Shown in pieces: positions 25,115 through 35,194 of a stretch of 64,000 bases of DNA. The position numbers and the translations under genes were made by a program. The DNA is from an uncultured Gammaproteobacteria bacterium (GTDB taxonomy: Bacteria > Patescibacteriota > Microgenomatia > JALYQM01). The DNA is taken from the NCBI GenBank assembly GCA_964403585.1, contig CAYOFQ010000001.1:12456-76455 (forward strand), given 5' to 3'. Within the stretch, counting starts at the first letter, position 1, and each line of letters begins with the position of its first letter. The notes under the pieces were generated by a model that did not search any database, was not told the DNA's origin, and saw only the letters and a program-made list of their open reading frames with translations.

Positions 25115-27403
25115 CTACTCGCTTACCGAAATACTTTTTCCTTCGTGTGGCAGACGCTGCCAGATCTCTTCCGTAATAAACGGCATAAATGGGTGCATCA
25201 TCTCCATAGAAGCCTTTAAAACGAATTCCAGGACGCCCTGGGTAGTCTCTCGTTTGTCTTTCGCATATTCTATATATATGTCACAAAACTCATGCCAGTA
25301 AAACTCATACAGCGCCACAGCCGCGTCGGAGAAACGGTATCGTTCAATAGCTTCTTTAACCAGCTTTAATAAAGAATTCAATTTTTCCAGAATCTCTCTG
25401 TCTTCATCACTCTTGGCAAGTTTCTCCAACGCAATTTCGCACTGACTCTCACCGGATAAAAATACATTTGAAGCAAACAACTCTGTGTGAGATTCTAACC
25501 CGACAAAAGTTTTTCCGGCTTTCTTTTCTTCTTCTGCTTTAAAGTCCATTACAAATCGTGCCGAGTTCCATATTTTATTCGTGAAATTTCGATACCCCTT
25601 TACTTTAGCTTCACCAAGCGGCACATCATTACCTAAGGCCGATCCGGCAATCAATGAATAGCGGAACGCATCGGTACCATATTTCCCCGTTAGATCCAGC
25701 GGATTTACCACATTGCCCTTGGATTTACTCATCTTCTGTCCGCGCTCATCAACCACGCGGGAGTGGAGGAGCACCTGCTTAAACGGCACTTCACCGGTAA
25801 TATAAATACCAAGCATGATCATGCGCGAAACCCAGAACGGCAAAATATCCCACATCGTGTCCAATACCGAAGTAGGGTAGAGCTTTTTGTAATCCTCACC
25901 TTCGGGATATCCTAAAGTAACTAACGGCCACTGTCCGGAAGAAAACCACGTATCAAAAGTATCGGTCTCCGGAAGATACAAAGCCCCGTCAGTGGGTTTT
26001 TCGTCGGCAATCACAAACACTGCCGAATTATCTGCCGTAAGATTTTGCAAACCGGATTCAATTTCTTCAAAAGAATAATCTTTCATCACTTCATCAATAG
26101 TTCCATAAACTGTCTCTCCGGCCGAATTTAAAAACGTGACAAGCAATCCGGGGTTTTTTGCCACGTCATACCACGCCGGAATACGAATACCCCACACGAT
26201 TTGTCGTGAAATCGGCCAATCGCGAATATTTTCCAGCCAGCGATAAAACTCATCGGCAAATCGCTCCGGGTAAAAAGCAACGCGTCCTGCTTTAGCCGCT
26301 TCAATTCCTTTTTCAGCCAGTGGCTTCATTTTCAAAAACCAGTTTGGCAAAACCATCGGCTCAATATCCCGGCCGCATTTGTAACAAACTGAAACCCGGT
26401 GCGAATAGTTTTCATCAATTTTTTCAATGAATCCCTTCGCTTTCATATCTTCAATTACTTTTTTGCGAGCCTCATTAACTTTCATCCCGACATACGGTCC
26501 GGTCTTCTCATTTAATCGTCCCTTAAAATCTATAACCTGTTTTACTTCCAAACCATGTCGACGACCCATTTGAAAGTCATTGGGGTCATGTGCCGGAGTA
26601 ACTTTCACGGCACCGGTACCAAATTCCATATCCACAAAATCATCGGCAATAACCTTAATCTTGAATTTGCCAAGTAACCCTTCGGCTTCAATCTCTTGTC
26701 CTATATATTTCTGGTAACGCGGATCGTTCGGGTTAACTGCGATCGCCGTATCTCCAAACTTTGTCTCTGGACGAACAGTCGCTAACACAAACGGACCATA
26801 TTTCATGTACACAAGCGGATCGATACGGTCTTTGTACTCAACCTCAAGTTCCGAAAAAGAAGTCCCACAGTGTGTACAATAGTTAACAATATAATTATCA
26901 CGGTAAATAAGTCCGTCTTTATACATTTTCTCAAACGTCTCATAAACCGTTGTAATAACGTTTTTGTCCAAGGTAAATGTCTTGCGGGACCAATCCAAAG
27001 AAAACCCTAATTTCTTTAATTGTGTCTCAATTAATCCGGAATTATCCTCTACAAATTTATACACCGCAGCATACAAATCCTTACGGCTGAACTGAAAACG
27101 GGATTTGCCTTCCTTAGACAACTGTTTCTCAAATACATACTGCGTTTCAAATCCTGCATGATCGGTCCCGGGTACCCATACGGCATTTTCACCTAACATG
27201 CGATGGTAACGAATCAGAATATCCTGTACCACAAACATCGCATGCCCGGCGTGCAGCGAAGCATTAGCATTCGGGGGCGGTAAAAGAATTGAATAATTCT
27301 TCCGTCCTTCTCGCAGTGGAGTAGGGGAGTACAATTTCTCTTGATCCCAATAATTCAACCATTTTTCTTCAATGGCTGCAGGCTCGTACACTTTGTCCAT
27401 CAT
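25115..27403 (-). CDS. valS: Valine--tRNA ligase (short form)
   Basis: LPPPNANASLHAGHA is the ValRS-type HIGH region, GTDHAGFETQ follows, and KMSKSKGN is the KMSKS motif. The start was set at the ATG directly downstream of the AAAGGAG Shine-Dalgarno sequence (MMDKVYEP...). The 762-aa product lacks the usual long C-terminal coiled-coil extension. Confidence 0.85.
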   Translation of the reverse strand: MMDKVYEPAAIEEKWLNYWDQEKLYSPTPLREGRKNYSILLPPPNANASLHAGHAMFVVQDILIRYHRMLGENAVWVPGTDHAGFETQYVFEKQLSKEGKSRFQFSRKDLYAAVYKFVEDNSGLIETQLKKLGFSLDWSRKTFTLDKNVITTVYETFEKMYKDGLIYRDNYIVNYCTHCGTSFSELEVEYKDRIDPLVYMKYGPFVLATVRPETKFGDTAIAVNPNDPRYQKYIGQEIEAEGLLGKFKIKVIADDFVDMEFGTGAVKVTPAHDPNDFQMGRRHGLEVKQVIDFKGRLNEKTGPYVGMKVNEARKKVIEDMKAKGFIEKIDENYSHRVSVCYKCGRDIEPMVLPNWFLKMKPLAEKGIEAAKAGRVAFYPERFADEFYRWLENIRDWPISRQIVWGIRIPAWYDVAKNPGLLVTFLNSAGETVYGTIDEVMKDYSFEEIESGLQNLTADNSAVFVIADEKPTDGALYLPETDTFDTWFSSGQWPLVTLGYPEGEDYKKLYPTSVLDTMWDILPFWVSRMIMLGIYITGEVPFKQVLLHSRVVDERGQKMSKSKGNVVNPLDLTGKYGTDAFRYSLIAGSALGNDVPLGEAKVKGYRNFTNKIWNSARFVMDFKAEEEKKAGKTFVGLESHTELFASNVFLSGESQCEIALEKLAKSDEDREILEKLNSLLKLVKEAIERYRFSDAAVALYEFYWHEFCDIYIEYAKDKRETTQGVLEFVLKASMEMMHPFMPFITEEIWQRLPHEGKSISVSE

Positions 27404-27586
27404 AGGAACTCCTTTCAAGTGGTGCGTTCAGGACCGTTGGCGCAGTGCCAAACCAAATCCCTCGAGCGAACGCGGAAAGCTATTAAGATACCCGTATTTT
27501 ACAACAAATAGCAGTATCCGCCTAGAGACAGTTGGCGTGAGTGGGGAAATACGCTAGAATTGAACTACAGTAAGGAGGAAATAAGT

Positions 27587-28300
27587 ATGGAACAATCTCC
27601 GGGTGCATCGGGCGAGCCGCCCAAACCGCTATCATTGGTTGAGGAAGTTAAAACCGAAGTTGAAGATCGGAAACTACTCACCACTGAAAAAATCGGCGAA
27701 CAAGACAATGTCTACGATTACCCGCCATTTAACATTGTATTTAAACGTCTCCTTGATAAACCGTTCCCGGGCAGTGGTCGCACAATTCGAGCAGAAATAG
27801 AAGAAAAATTAGCCTTAGGTATTTCCGTTTCAGCGCGGGAATCCTTACCGGACCAGTCCGGGGATCGGGCGCTCGATGTTGTCAGGCTCTTAACTACCGA
27901 TACCATTAAAGATATGCCGGGAGAAATGGACGAGCCCGGGATTCAGGAAGGAAATGCTAAAATCCTCCGGTTTAAAGGGCGATTGAGGAGTAGTATCAAA
28001 GACAAGCCAATGTTTAGAACTATGGGAAATCGACCGGATGGACTGGCATCATTTATTGCTCAGGAAGTATTAAGAGAAACACATGTCGTCGCTCCATACG
28101 CGATACAATACCTTAAAAGCGTCGATTTTAAAGGTGGATATACTAGCTCTGGGTATCCGAGACCCGATCAGGTTACCAGAATGCCGGCCTCAAATTATTA
28201 TTTCTGGGAAGCAGACACATTAGGTCGAGAGAAAAAATTAGCTAACCTGGATGCCTCCGCTGCGACCGAAGGCATGGGGTACGATCAAAAGAAGTGGTAA
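27587..28300 (+). CDS. Hypothetical protein
   Basis: The ORF track gives 27560. The AAGGAGG Shine-Dalgarno sequence lies inside that extension, so the start is more likely ATG 27587 (MEQSPGAS...). No known motif. Confidence 0.5.
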   Translation: MEQSPGASGEPPKPLSLVEEVKTEVEDRKLLTTEKIGEQDNVYDYPPFNIVFKRLLDKPFPGSGRTIRAEIEEKLALGISVSARESLPDQSGDRALDVVRLLTTDTIKDMPGEMDEPGIQEGNAKILRFKGRLRSSIKDKPMFRTMGNRPDGLASFIAQEVLRETHVVAPYAIQYLKSVDFKGGYTSSGYPRPDQVTRMPASNYYFWEADTLGREKKLANLDASAATEGMGYDQKKW

Positions 28301-28304
28301 ATAG

Positions 28305-30101
28305 TTAGTTATCTTTAGTTCCAACCATTACCACCCGTTGCCAGGCTTTATAATTACTCTTAAAAGTATCGGCAAGATGCTGTTGGCCGTCTTTCATCAC
28401 TTTTCTATTGAATACAACATTGGCACCCCATACAGCATGGTCAACCTCATTTTCCACTCCACGCTTTAATGTAGGATCATCAATTCGCAACTCAGGGGGT
28501 GGGGGAGTCTGGTTCGTTACCACCGGCTTACTTATCTCTACTGTTCTACCATCTTTAACACCGTACAAGTTAAATTCCGCCGACATAGCTTTAGTATCTA
28601 CTTTAGTCTGCAATAATAGATAATTTCCGGTATCATTCTGGAATTTAAAATCCCAGGAAGGGAAGTACACTGCCGCATCAATACCGGGAGCTGAATTCTG
28701 CTCGTAATAATAAACACGGTAAGCATGTTGATGACGCTCTTTAATCGGTAATCCGGCATTTAATACTGCTCGGAATAGTGTCGTCGAAACTTGACATAAA
28801 CCCCCACCTACGCCCGGAACAGTACGACCATTGAGAATAACAAACGCATCCTGGTATCCGGTGGATTTCTCAACTTCGCCCACAACTTTATACATTGAAA
28901 AAGTTTCGCCCGGTGCAATGAGCACCCCATTTAACTTACTGGAAGCCAGGCTTAGGTTATGAATACGTCCTGAAGGAGATCCCTTAAATCGCGAAGTACC
29001 TTGTCCCACTAACTCCTTTATTCCATAATTATTTACTGCGGCAGTAGTAATTGCCGCCTCTTTTGTTTTTACGGGAATATCTATTTCAGCTGGCTTCGTA
29101 GGGTCAAACGCCCGGACAGAAATTTCATTTGTCAATGCTTCAGTATTCAGAGCAAGTCCGGGTTGTGCCGGCTCGAATACGGTCACACGCTCGCCTTCCA
29201 GTTGAAACTTGGCTTCAATAGGTTCACGGTTCATGAGATTCGCTATCTCGGCAGTATAGGAAGCCACCTTATAATCGGTAACAACAACATCCACTCCGGT
29301 ATCCGACTTCTTCAAATCAAGCAGTGAGAACAGCTGATCTCTATTTAAATTCCAGGTGCTACCGGGCAAATAAGTAGACTTAAGTGTAAGTGGACGGGCT
29401 AATGCTACTTGAGCTTTCTGTAATGCCTGCTGACTATTCTCAATAGATATATCCGGTTTCTTATCCGCCATCGGCAGATCAAACGTTGGAGTATCTGACC
29501 GGAAGGCTAGATAGGATTCAAAGTCGCGCAAAGCCGTATCTCGATTAGCTACATACCCGATCTGAGATTGAGATAAATATACTCCTTCTTTGGTCATTCC
29601 TAATTCCGAATTCACAACCGGCTTTTCCAGCGGACGTATTGCATCAGCTAATCTCGAGTCAAAAGTAATTTTATCGTACGCATAAATAGGGGAGAGATTA
29701 ACACCTCCTCGCAATGCCCGTCCGGCATTTCTGAATCTATTATTTAAATCTCCGGAATGACCGATACTGAAAGCAGCATCGGCCGTTTTCTCAATATCAT
29801 AACTGGTATAATAACCAACCTTGCCAAGAGATATCTGAGGTGCACCATTCGAAGGGGTAAACTGTACTGTATGCGCTTCACGGTTTTGAAATTCCTTCCG
29901 GAGTAAAGCTATAGACTCGTCCCGGGATTTTCCGGACAAATCTACTGAACCGATATGTACACCCGGAAGCACTCGATTAGAATAAAAAAGAATCGGGAGT
30001 CCAAGAGCCAAAATAGGCAGACCAATAAAAAAACTGATCAATACAATGACCTGCCATTTCGGCATTTTTTGAAAAAATTTAAAAAAAGATTTCTTTTTCA
30101 T
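28305..30101 (-). CDS. VanW-family protein (N-terminal TM anchor, YoaR-like)
   Basis: GETFSMYKVVG...GY.DAFVILNG...GVGGGLCQVSTTLFRAVLNAGLPIKERHQHAYRVYYY...GIDAAVYFPSWDFKFQNDT is the conserved VanW core. Confidence 0.8.
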   Translation of the reverse strand: MKKKSFFKFFQKMPKWQVIVLISFFIGLPILALGLPILFYSNRVLPGVHIGSVDLSGKSRDESIALLRKEFQNREAHTVQFTPSNGAPQISLGKVGYYTSYDIEKTADAAFSIGHSGDLNNRFRNAGRALRGGVNLSPIYAYDKITFDSRLADAIRPLEKPVVNSELGMTKEGVYLSQSQIGYVANRDTALRDFESYLAFRSDTPTFDLPMADKKPDISIENSQQALQKAQVALARPLTLKSTYLPGSTWNLNRDQLFSLLDLKKSDTGVDVVVTDYKVASYTAEIANLMNREPIEAKFQLEGERVTVFEPAQPGLALNTEALTNEISVRAFDPTKPAEIDIPVKTKEAAITTAAVNNYGIKELVGQGTSRFKGSPSGRIHNLSLASSKLNGVLIAPGETFSMYKVVGEVEKSTGYQDAFVILNGRTVPGVGGGLCQVSTTLFRAVLNAGLPIKERHQHAYRVYYYEQNSAPGIDAAVYFPSWDFKFQNDTGNYLLLQTKVDTKAMSAEFNLYGVKDGRTVEISKPVVTNQTPPPPELRIDDPTLKRGVENEVDHAVWGANVVFNRKVMKDGQQHLADTFKSNYKAWQRVVMVGTKDN

Positions 30102-30190
30102 GGAGTTGTGATATTGTACAGGAAAATGCTAACAAACTCAATTAAGAAAACGATCTATCAAAAAGGAGATACCTTACTATATAATAGTAA

Positions 30191-31450
30191 GTGATGAGAA
30201 AAATCTGGTACTTGCTACCTGTATCAATAATGGTTTTTGTCCTCACGGCCTGTACAAACAACCAGCCTGCGAACGAAAAAGTCTCACTTAATTATTGGAG
30301 TGTTTTTGAACCACAGGAAAATATACAGGAGCTTATTAACGAGTTCCAGACCAAAAACCCCAATATAACCATCAACTATACGCGGAAAAGTTTGAAGGAC
30401 TATCGGCAACAGGTCGAAGCAAGAGCCGGACAAACTAACGGGCCGGATATTTTTCGTTACCATAACTCCTGGATACCCCAGATGAAAGGCTATCTTACCG
30501 AGACTCCTCAGGCCATTACCGACGGCTTAAATTATGATCAGACCTTTTATCCGGTTGTAAGTAGAGATCTTAAGGCCAATCGTGGGTATTTTGGTATTCC
30601 TTTAATGTATGACGGTCTTGTCTTGTACTATAATAAAGACTTGTTTGAACGCGCCGGAATTCTTAAGCCGCCAACAGAGTGGGGACAAATAATTGATACT
30701 GCCCAGCAGTTAAAGTCACCCAAGAATGGACCCTTGGATACTGCTGGATTAGCCATGGGAACCACCACCAATGTTGATTACTGGTCAGATATTTTTACGC
30801 TCCTCATGTACCAGAACAATGCTAATTTAACCGATCCGCTATTAACTCGCGAAAATACGGAAACTGCCATTAATTTTTACAAACAACAGGCCAACGATAC
30901 CGGTGTATGGAATGCCGCATTCCCAAGTTCTACAGAAACCTTCGCTCAGGGAAAAGTAGCCATGATCTTCGGAGTGTCCTGGACAGCATTCGAAATACAG
31001 CAAAAAAATCCCTCTCTTCAGTTTGCAACTGTCCCCGTGCCACAACTCCCCGGTAGTAAGGTCGGGGTTGCCAGTTATTGGGTGGAAGGAGTAGCCAACA
31101 ATATCTCCAAGGGAAAGCAAGACGCCGCCTGGAAATTTTTGTCATACTTGGCTCAAAAAGAAAATATGCAAAAGATGCACGCACTTCAGGCAAAAAATAG
31201 ACTATTTGGCGAGCCGTACTCCCGTCAGGACCTCTCCCTGGAATTACAGAACAATCAATACCTTTCTGCTGTATTAGAAACAGCACCTGAAGCACAATCC
31301 TTTTATATGGCCGACCGAACCTTCGGCGGAGGACTGAATGACGAGTTGAAAGATAACTACGCCAAACTGTTGCAAAATCCAGGACAAATCGCCGAACTCG
31401 ATTCTGCTATACAAAGTACCTTAAGTAAATATGGAGTGCCGCTGCAATAG
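30191..31450 (+). CDS. ABC transporter substrate-binding lipoprotein (family 1, sugar-type)
   Basis: The lipobox LTAC follows the signal peptide. Overall SBP-1 pattern (YW..F.P....LI.EFQ..NPNI.I). No permease or ATPase genes are adjacent. Confidence 0.6.
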   Translation: MMRKIWYLLPVSIMVFVLTACTNNQPANEKVSLNYWSVFEPQENIQELINEFQTKNPNITINYTRKSLKDYRQQVEARAGQTNGPDIFRYHNSWIPQMKGYLTETPQAITDGLNYDQTFYPVVSRDLKANRGYFGIPLMYDGLVLYYNKDLFERAGILKPPTEWGQIIDTAQQLKSPKNGPLDTAGLAMGTTTNVDYWSDIFTLLMYQNNANLTDPLLTRENTETAINFYKQQANDTGVWNAAFPSSTETFAQGKVAMIFGVSWTAFEIQQKNPSLQFATVPVPQLPGSKVGVASYWVEGVANNISKGKQDAAWKFLSYLAQKENMQKMHALQAKNRLFGEPYSRQDLSLELQNNQYLSAVLETAPEAQSFYMADRTFGGGLNDELKDNYAKLLQNPGQIAELDSAIQSTLSKYGVPLQ

Positions 31451-31564
31451 CCGAGACTCGCACCAGAACAGGAAGGTACTTCAACGGGGATGGATTCCCG
31501 GTGCCCAATCCCCATTGGCCATAATAGCAGGTACACCTCTTGACACCCGCCCGCATTTTTGACA

Positions 31565-31593
31565 AAATATCACTCGTAAGATGTAAGTGCTAA
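31565..31593. promoter_or_regulatory. CIRCE-like inverted repeat (HrcA operator) upstream of groES
   Basis: ttatCACTC-gtaagatgt-aAGTGCTAA has 9-nt spacing and matches the TTAGCACTC-N9-GAGTGCTAA consensus on the right arm and partly on the left. Confidence 0.5.
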
Positions 31594-31658
31594 ATGCATT
31601 TATTTTTCTATCGTTTCCATTATTTCGGTAATAAAAAGTACACAAGGAGGATTTTGTT

Positions 31659-31961
31659 ATGGCGCTTAAGTTTCAGCCAACACGCGGACGCATCGTCGTC
31701 AAACCATTAAAAAAAGATGATGTATCTAAAGGAGGAATATACCTTCCGGATACAGCTAATAAAGAAAAACCTCAGGAAGGTGAAGTTCTTGCGGTCGGAT
31801 CAGATGCCGTATCCAACAGCGGTGAAAAAATCACCTCTCCCGCTAAAGTTGGCGACGTCGTTCTCTTCGCCAAATGGGGTGGAGAAGAGTATAAAGACGA
31901 TGACGGGGTAGAGTATAAGTTTATTAAATTTGATGACGTCATAGCGGTTGCATCTAAATAA
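31659..31961 (+). CDS. groES: Co-chaperonin GroES
   Basis: MALKFQPTRGRIVVKPLKKDDVSKGGIYLPDTA...GEVLAVG. Confidence 0.92.
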   Translation: MALKFQPTRGRIVVKPLKKDDVSKGGIYLPDTANKEKPQEGEVLAVGSDAVSNSGEKITSPAKVGDVVLFAKWGGEEYKDDDGVEYKFIKFDDVIAVASK

Positions 31962-32044
31962 CCAACCGCGCAGATCCCGGAGCATGCCTAGTGCGAACGG
32001 GATGATCGCTAGTAAATAATTTAGTCACAGGAGGTTTAATTAAT

Positions 32045-33685
32045 ATGGCAGCAAAACAAATGAAATTTAAGGACGATGCGCAGGCATCGCTCCTTAAGGG
32101 AATTAATACACTTACCGACGCTGTTGCAACAACACTCGGCCCACGCGGTCGCAACGTTGCAATAGACAAAAAATGGGGAGCACCAACCGTACTGCACGAT
32201 GGTGTTTCGGTAGCTAAGGAAATTGAATTAAAAGATCCGTATGAAAATATGGGCGCACAGTTATTAAAAGAAGCCGCATCCAAAACAGCCGATGTCGCCG
32301 GAGACGGGACTACCACCGCAACCGTATTGGCCCAGGCAGTTGTTACTTCCGGTCTTAAGGCAATGGCCGCCGGAGCTAACCCGATGATGATCCGTACCGG
32401 TTTACAAAAAGGTACCCAGATGATTGTCGACGAACTCATGAAAATGCGCCGAGAAGTCTCCGGCAACGCCGTAGAGCAGGTCGCCACCATCTCGGCAGCT
32501 GATAACGAAATCGGTAAATTAATCGCCGAAGCGTTGAATAAAGTTGGGAAAGATGGCGTTATTACCGTAGAAGAATCCAAAGGCTTGGATCTTACTCTGG
32601 AATATAAGGAAGGTATGCTCTTCGATAAAGGCTATTCTTCAGCCTATTTCGTTACCGACACTGGCCGCATGGAATCCACTATTCAGGATACATATATTCT
32701 TATCACAGACAAGAAAATATCGGCGATGTCCGACTTACTCCCGTTCCTCGAGCAGTTCGTAAAGGTTTCCAAAAACCTCGTTATCATCGCTGACGATGTT
32801 GATGGAGAAGCCCTCGCCACACTTATCGTCAACAAGATCAAAGGCACCTTTAACGCGCTTGTAGTTAAAGCCCCGGGATTCGGTGACCGCCGCAAGGCTA
32901 TGCTCGCCGACATCGCTACCTTAACCGGAGCCACAGTAATTACTGAGGACCTCGGCCGTAAATTAGAATCTGCACGTATGGAAGACCTCGGACGGGCTGA
33001 CCGCGTAACAGCTTCCAAAGACGAAACAGTAATTGTTGGCGGAAAAGGCAAGCAGGCAGATATCGAAGCTCGCGTTGCTCAGATCAAACAGGAAATCAGT
33101 AACACAACCTCCGACTTTGATAAAGAAAAGCTCCAGGAACGTCTCGCCAAGTTAACCGGTGGCGTCGCTGTTATTCAGGTCGGTGCACCAACCGAAGTCG
33201 CACTCAAAGAAAAGAAAGAGCGCGTCATTGATGCTGTCGCTGCAACCAAAGCCGCTGTTGAAGAAGGTATTGTTCCGGGTGGAGAAGTAGCACTCTTAAA
33301 GGCTGCTAAGGTTCTTGAGAACGTAAAAGGCGCTTCCGACGACGAACAGATCGGATATAACATCCTGAAGGATGCTCTCAAACAGCCGTTCACCAGACTC
33401 TTGGAGAACGCCGGTGAAGACGCTGGATGGGCGCTCCGCGAAGTTTTAAAGAGCAACGAAGCCAACTACGGCTACAATGTCGTCAGTCAGAAATTTGTTG
33501 ACCTTGTCGCTGATGGAGTTATCGATCCGGTCAAAGTAACTCGTTCAGCTCTGCAGAACGCAGTTTCAGTTGCCGAATTAATTCTCACCACCGAAGTCCT
33601 CATCACCGAAGTACCGGAAGAAAAACCGGCAATGCCAATGGGTGGACCAGGCGGCATGGGTGGTATGGGCGGAATGGATTACTAA
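32045..33685 (+). CDS. groEL: Chaperonin GroEL
   Basis: [12 protein letters not shown]... start, ATP-binding [11 protein letters not shown], and a C-terminal GGM repeat ([12 protein letters not shown]). Confidence 0.95.
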   Translation: MAAKQMKFKDDAQASLLKGINTLTDAVATTLGPRGRNVAIDKKWGAPTVLHDGVSVAKEIELKDPYENMGAQLLKEAASKTADVAGDGTTTATVLAQAVVTSGLKAMAAGANPMMIRTGLQKGTQMIVDELMKMRREVSGNAVEQVATISAADNEIGKLIAEALNKVGKDGVITVEESKGLDLTLEYKEGMLFDKGYSSAYFVTDTGRMESTIQDTYILITDKKISAMSDLLPFLEQFVKVSKNLVIIADDVDGEALATLIVNKIKGTFNALVVKAPGFGDRRKAMLADIATLTGATVITEDLGRKLESARMEDLGRADRVTASKDETVIVGGKGKQADIEARVAQIKQEISNTTSDFDKEKLQERLAKLTGGVAVIQVGAPTEVALKEKKERVIDAVAATKAAVEEGIVPGGEVALLKAAKVLENVKGASDDEQIGYNILKDALKQPFTRLLENAGEDAGWALREVLKSNEANYGYNVVSQKFVDLVADGVIDPVKVTRSALQNAVSVAELILTTEVLITEVPEEKPAMPMGGPGGMGGMGGMDY

Positions 33686-33760
33686 TCCGATCGAACATAA
33701 TCTAAGTAGAAGAGCTCGAGTAATCGGGCTCTTCTTGTAATAGTGATATAATGCCCTGAA

Positions 33761-34720
33761 ATGAGCGAAACCAGAGTCCTCCTCGCCACCGACCTTACCT
33801 TTGCCCGCCCGCACCCTGCGGATAACCCGGCAGGCGGAATTCTCCGTATGGTTCGGGATTATGCCCGCCGCAGCGTCACTGGGCTCCACAACTACGCTAA
33901 AAGTCTAGGGGCCGATGGTGCGTATTATATGGCCAACAGAGGCTCGGTAAGCGGCTGGCAGCTACGACTCGGAATACTCAACGAAACAGGTACCAATTCC
34001 TTGGAACAGGGAGCAGTATTACAATCCTGGCTGGGCGAAAAACTCCGCATTCTTAACCCGAACGCCGAAATCGATGTCTTTTATGAAATGAAACAATGGG
34101 AGCAGCAAACAAAGCAGAAATACCCATACCTAGTGCTCGGAATGTACCGCCACAAAGACAATGAACTTACTTGGTTAAAGCGACTTCGCGGCAGATCCCC
34201 GCATATCCCCATAACCTGGCAATATACGCCGGATACACTACAACTACTGCAGAGCTTTAATGAACTTGATCAGGACAATACCATGCAGATAACACCTGAA
34301 GTTTGGGGTCAACTGCAAGTCCAGGGTAATGGAAGTATTGATCACAGGCTGCTTCGGGAACATCGCTTGCGCTTATGCTATCATGTCCCAACCACGCGCA
34401 AAGCAGTAAAAACTACCGTAGACTGGAAAGCCATCCGGCAAAATCCGGGGATCATCAGAGCATTCGAAGGCACCTTTGGCCGGGAAGATATCGGCAACGA
34501 CGCCACCGCAGAAGTACGGGATATCCAGGCCTACATCGACGGCCAGGACATTGGCATGGTGCAACAACTGGAACGCCTGAAGCAGTCCGGTGTAAAATTA
34601 CGGAGAATAATAGTTGGCGTACCACTGGCGGCACTTTCTCAGGCACTTGGTTCAAAAGAGAAAAGTGATCTCGAAGCAGGTTTAAAATTAATTATTAATC
34701 GCACCAGACATCTTACCTAA
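33761..34720 (+). CDS. Hypothetical protein (locally elevated GC), translationally coupled to ybaK-like gene
   Basis: 319-aa frame. The surrounding region has several overlapping long frames, consistent with GC-rich coding sequence. The stop is 1 nt before the next start. No motif recognised. Confidence 0.5.
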   Translation: MSETRVLLATDLTFARPHPADNPAGGILRMVRDYARRSVTGLHNYAKSLGADGAYYMANRGSVSGWQLRLGILNETGTNSLEQGAVLQSWLGEKLRILNPNAEIDVFYEMKQWEQQTKQKYPYLVLGMYRHKDNELTWLKRLRGRSPHIPITWQYTPDTLQLLQSFNELDQDNTMQITPEVWGQLQVQGNGSIDHRLLREHRLRLCYHVPTTRKAVKTTVDWKAIRQNPGIIRAFEGTFGREDIGNDATAEVRDIQAYIDGQDIGMVQQLERLKQSGVKLRRIIVGVPLAALSQALGSKEKSDLEAGLKLIINRTRHLT

Positions 34721-34721
34721 T

Positions 34722-35189
34722 ATGAGCGAAGTCTTTGAAAAAATAAAACAACTCCTTGATGCGCAAAAAGTTCAGTACACGCTTACTGAGCACGAACCCG
34801 TCCGAACTAGCATCGAGGCTGCCCAAATCAGGGGCGTCGATCTCTCCACCGGAGCCAAAGCCATGGTCGTCAAAGCCAATAATCAATACTATTTAATAGT
34901 CATACCCGCAGACCGTAAAATCGACTGGAAACTGGTAAAGTCACTTCTAAACACCAAAGAAATCCGTTTTGCTACTGAAGAAGAAGCCGAGCAGGTAACT
35001 CAAGTAAAAATGGGATCCGTTCCGCCGTTTGGCAACATTCTCGGATTACCAACCTACTTTGACCAGTTAATTCGCGACAAAGAAACCGTCCATTTTAACC
35101 CCGGCAGCCTCCGCCATTCTATCGGCATGAAAGCAGCAGATTTAATACGGCTGGTTAGCCCGACAATATCTTCCGTTTCTAAAGAATAA
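34722..35189 (+). CDS. YbaK/ProX-family aminoacyl-tRNA deacylase domain protein
   Basis: HEPVRTSIEAA......GAKAMVVKANNQYYLIVIPADRKIDWKLVK.LL......FATEEE....T....GSVPPFG matches the YbaK trans-editing domain pattern. Confidence 0.65.
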   Translation: MSEVFEKIKQLLDAQKVQYTLTEHEPVRTSIEAAQIRGVDLSTGAKAMVVKANNQYYLIVIPADRKIDWKLVKSLLNTKEIRFATEEEAEQVTQVKMGSVPPFGNILGLPTYFDQLIRDKETVHFNPGSLRHSIGMKAADLIRLVSPTISSVSKE

Positions 35190-35194
35190 GTAGT

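Noticed and set aside
27560-27586. Upstream ATG extension of the hypothetical gene (MNYSKEEIS...)
   Set aside because: The AAGGAGG Shine-Dalgarno sequence lies inside this extension, which points to the downstream ATG at 27587 as the real start.
34375-34668. Cluster of 64-97-aa ORFs on both strands
   Set aside because: Embedded in the GC-rich hypothetical gene 33761-34720. High GC lowers stop-codon frequency in all frames.
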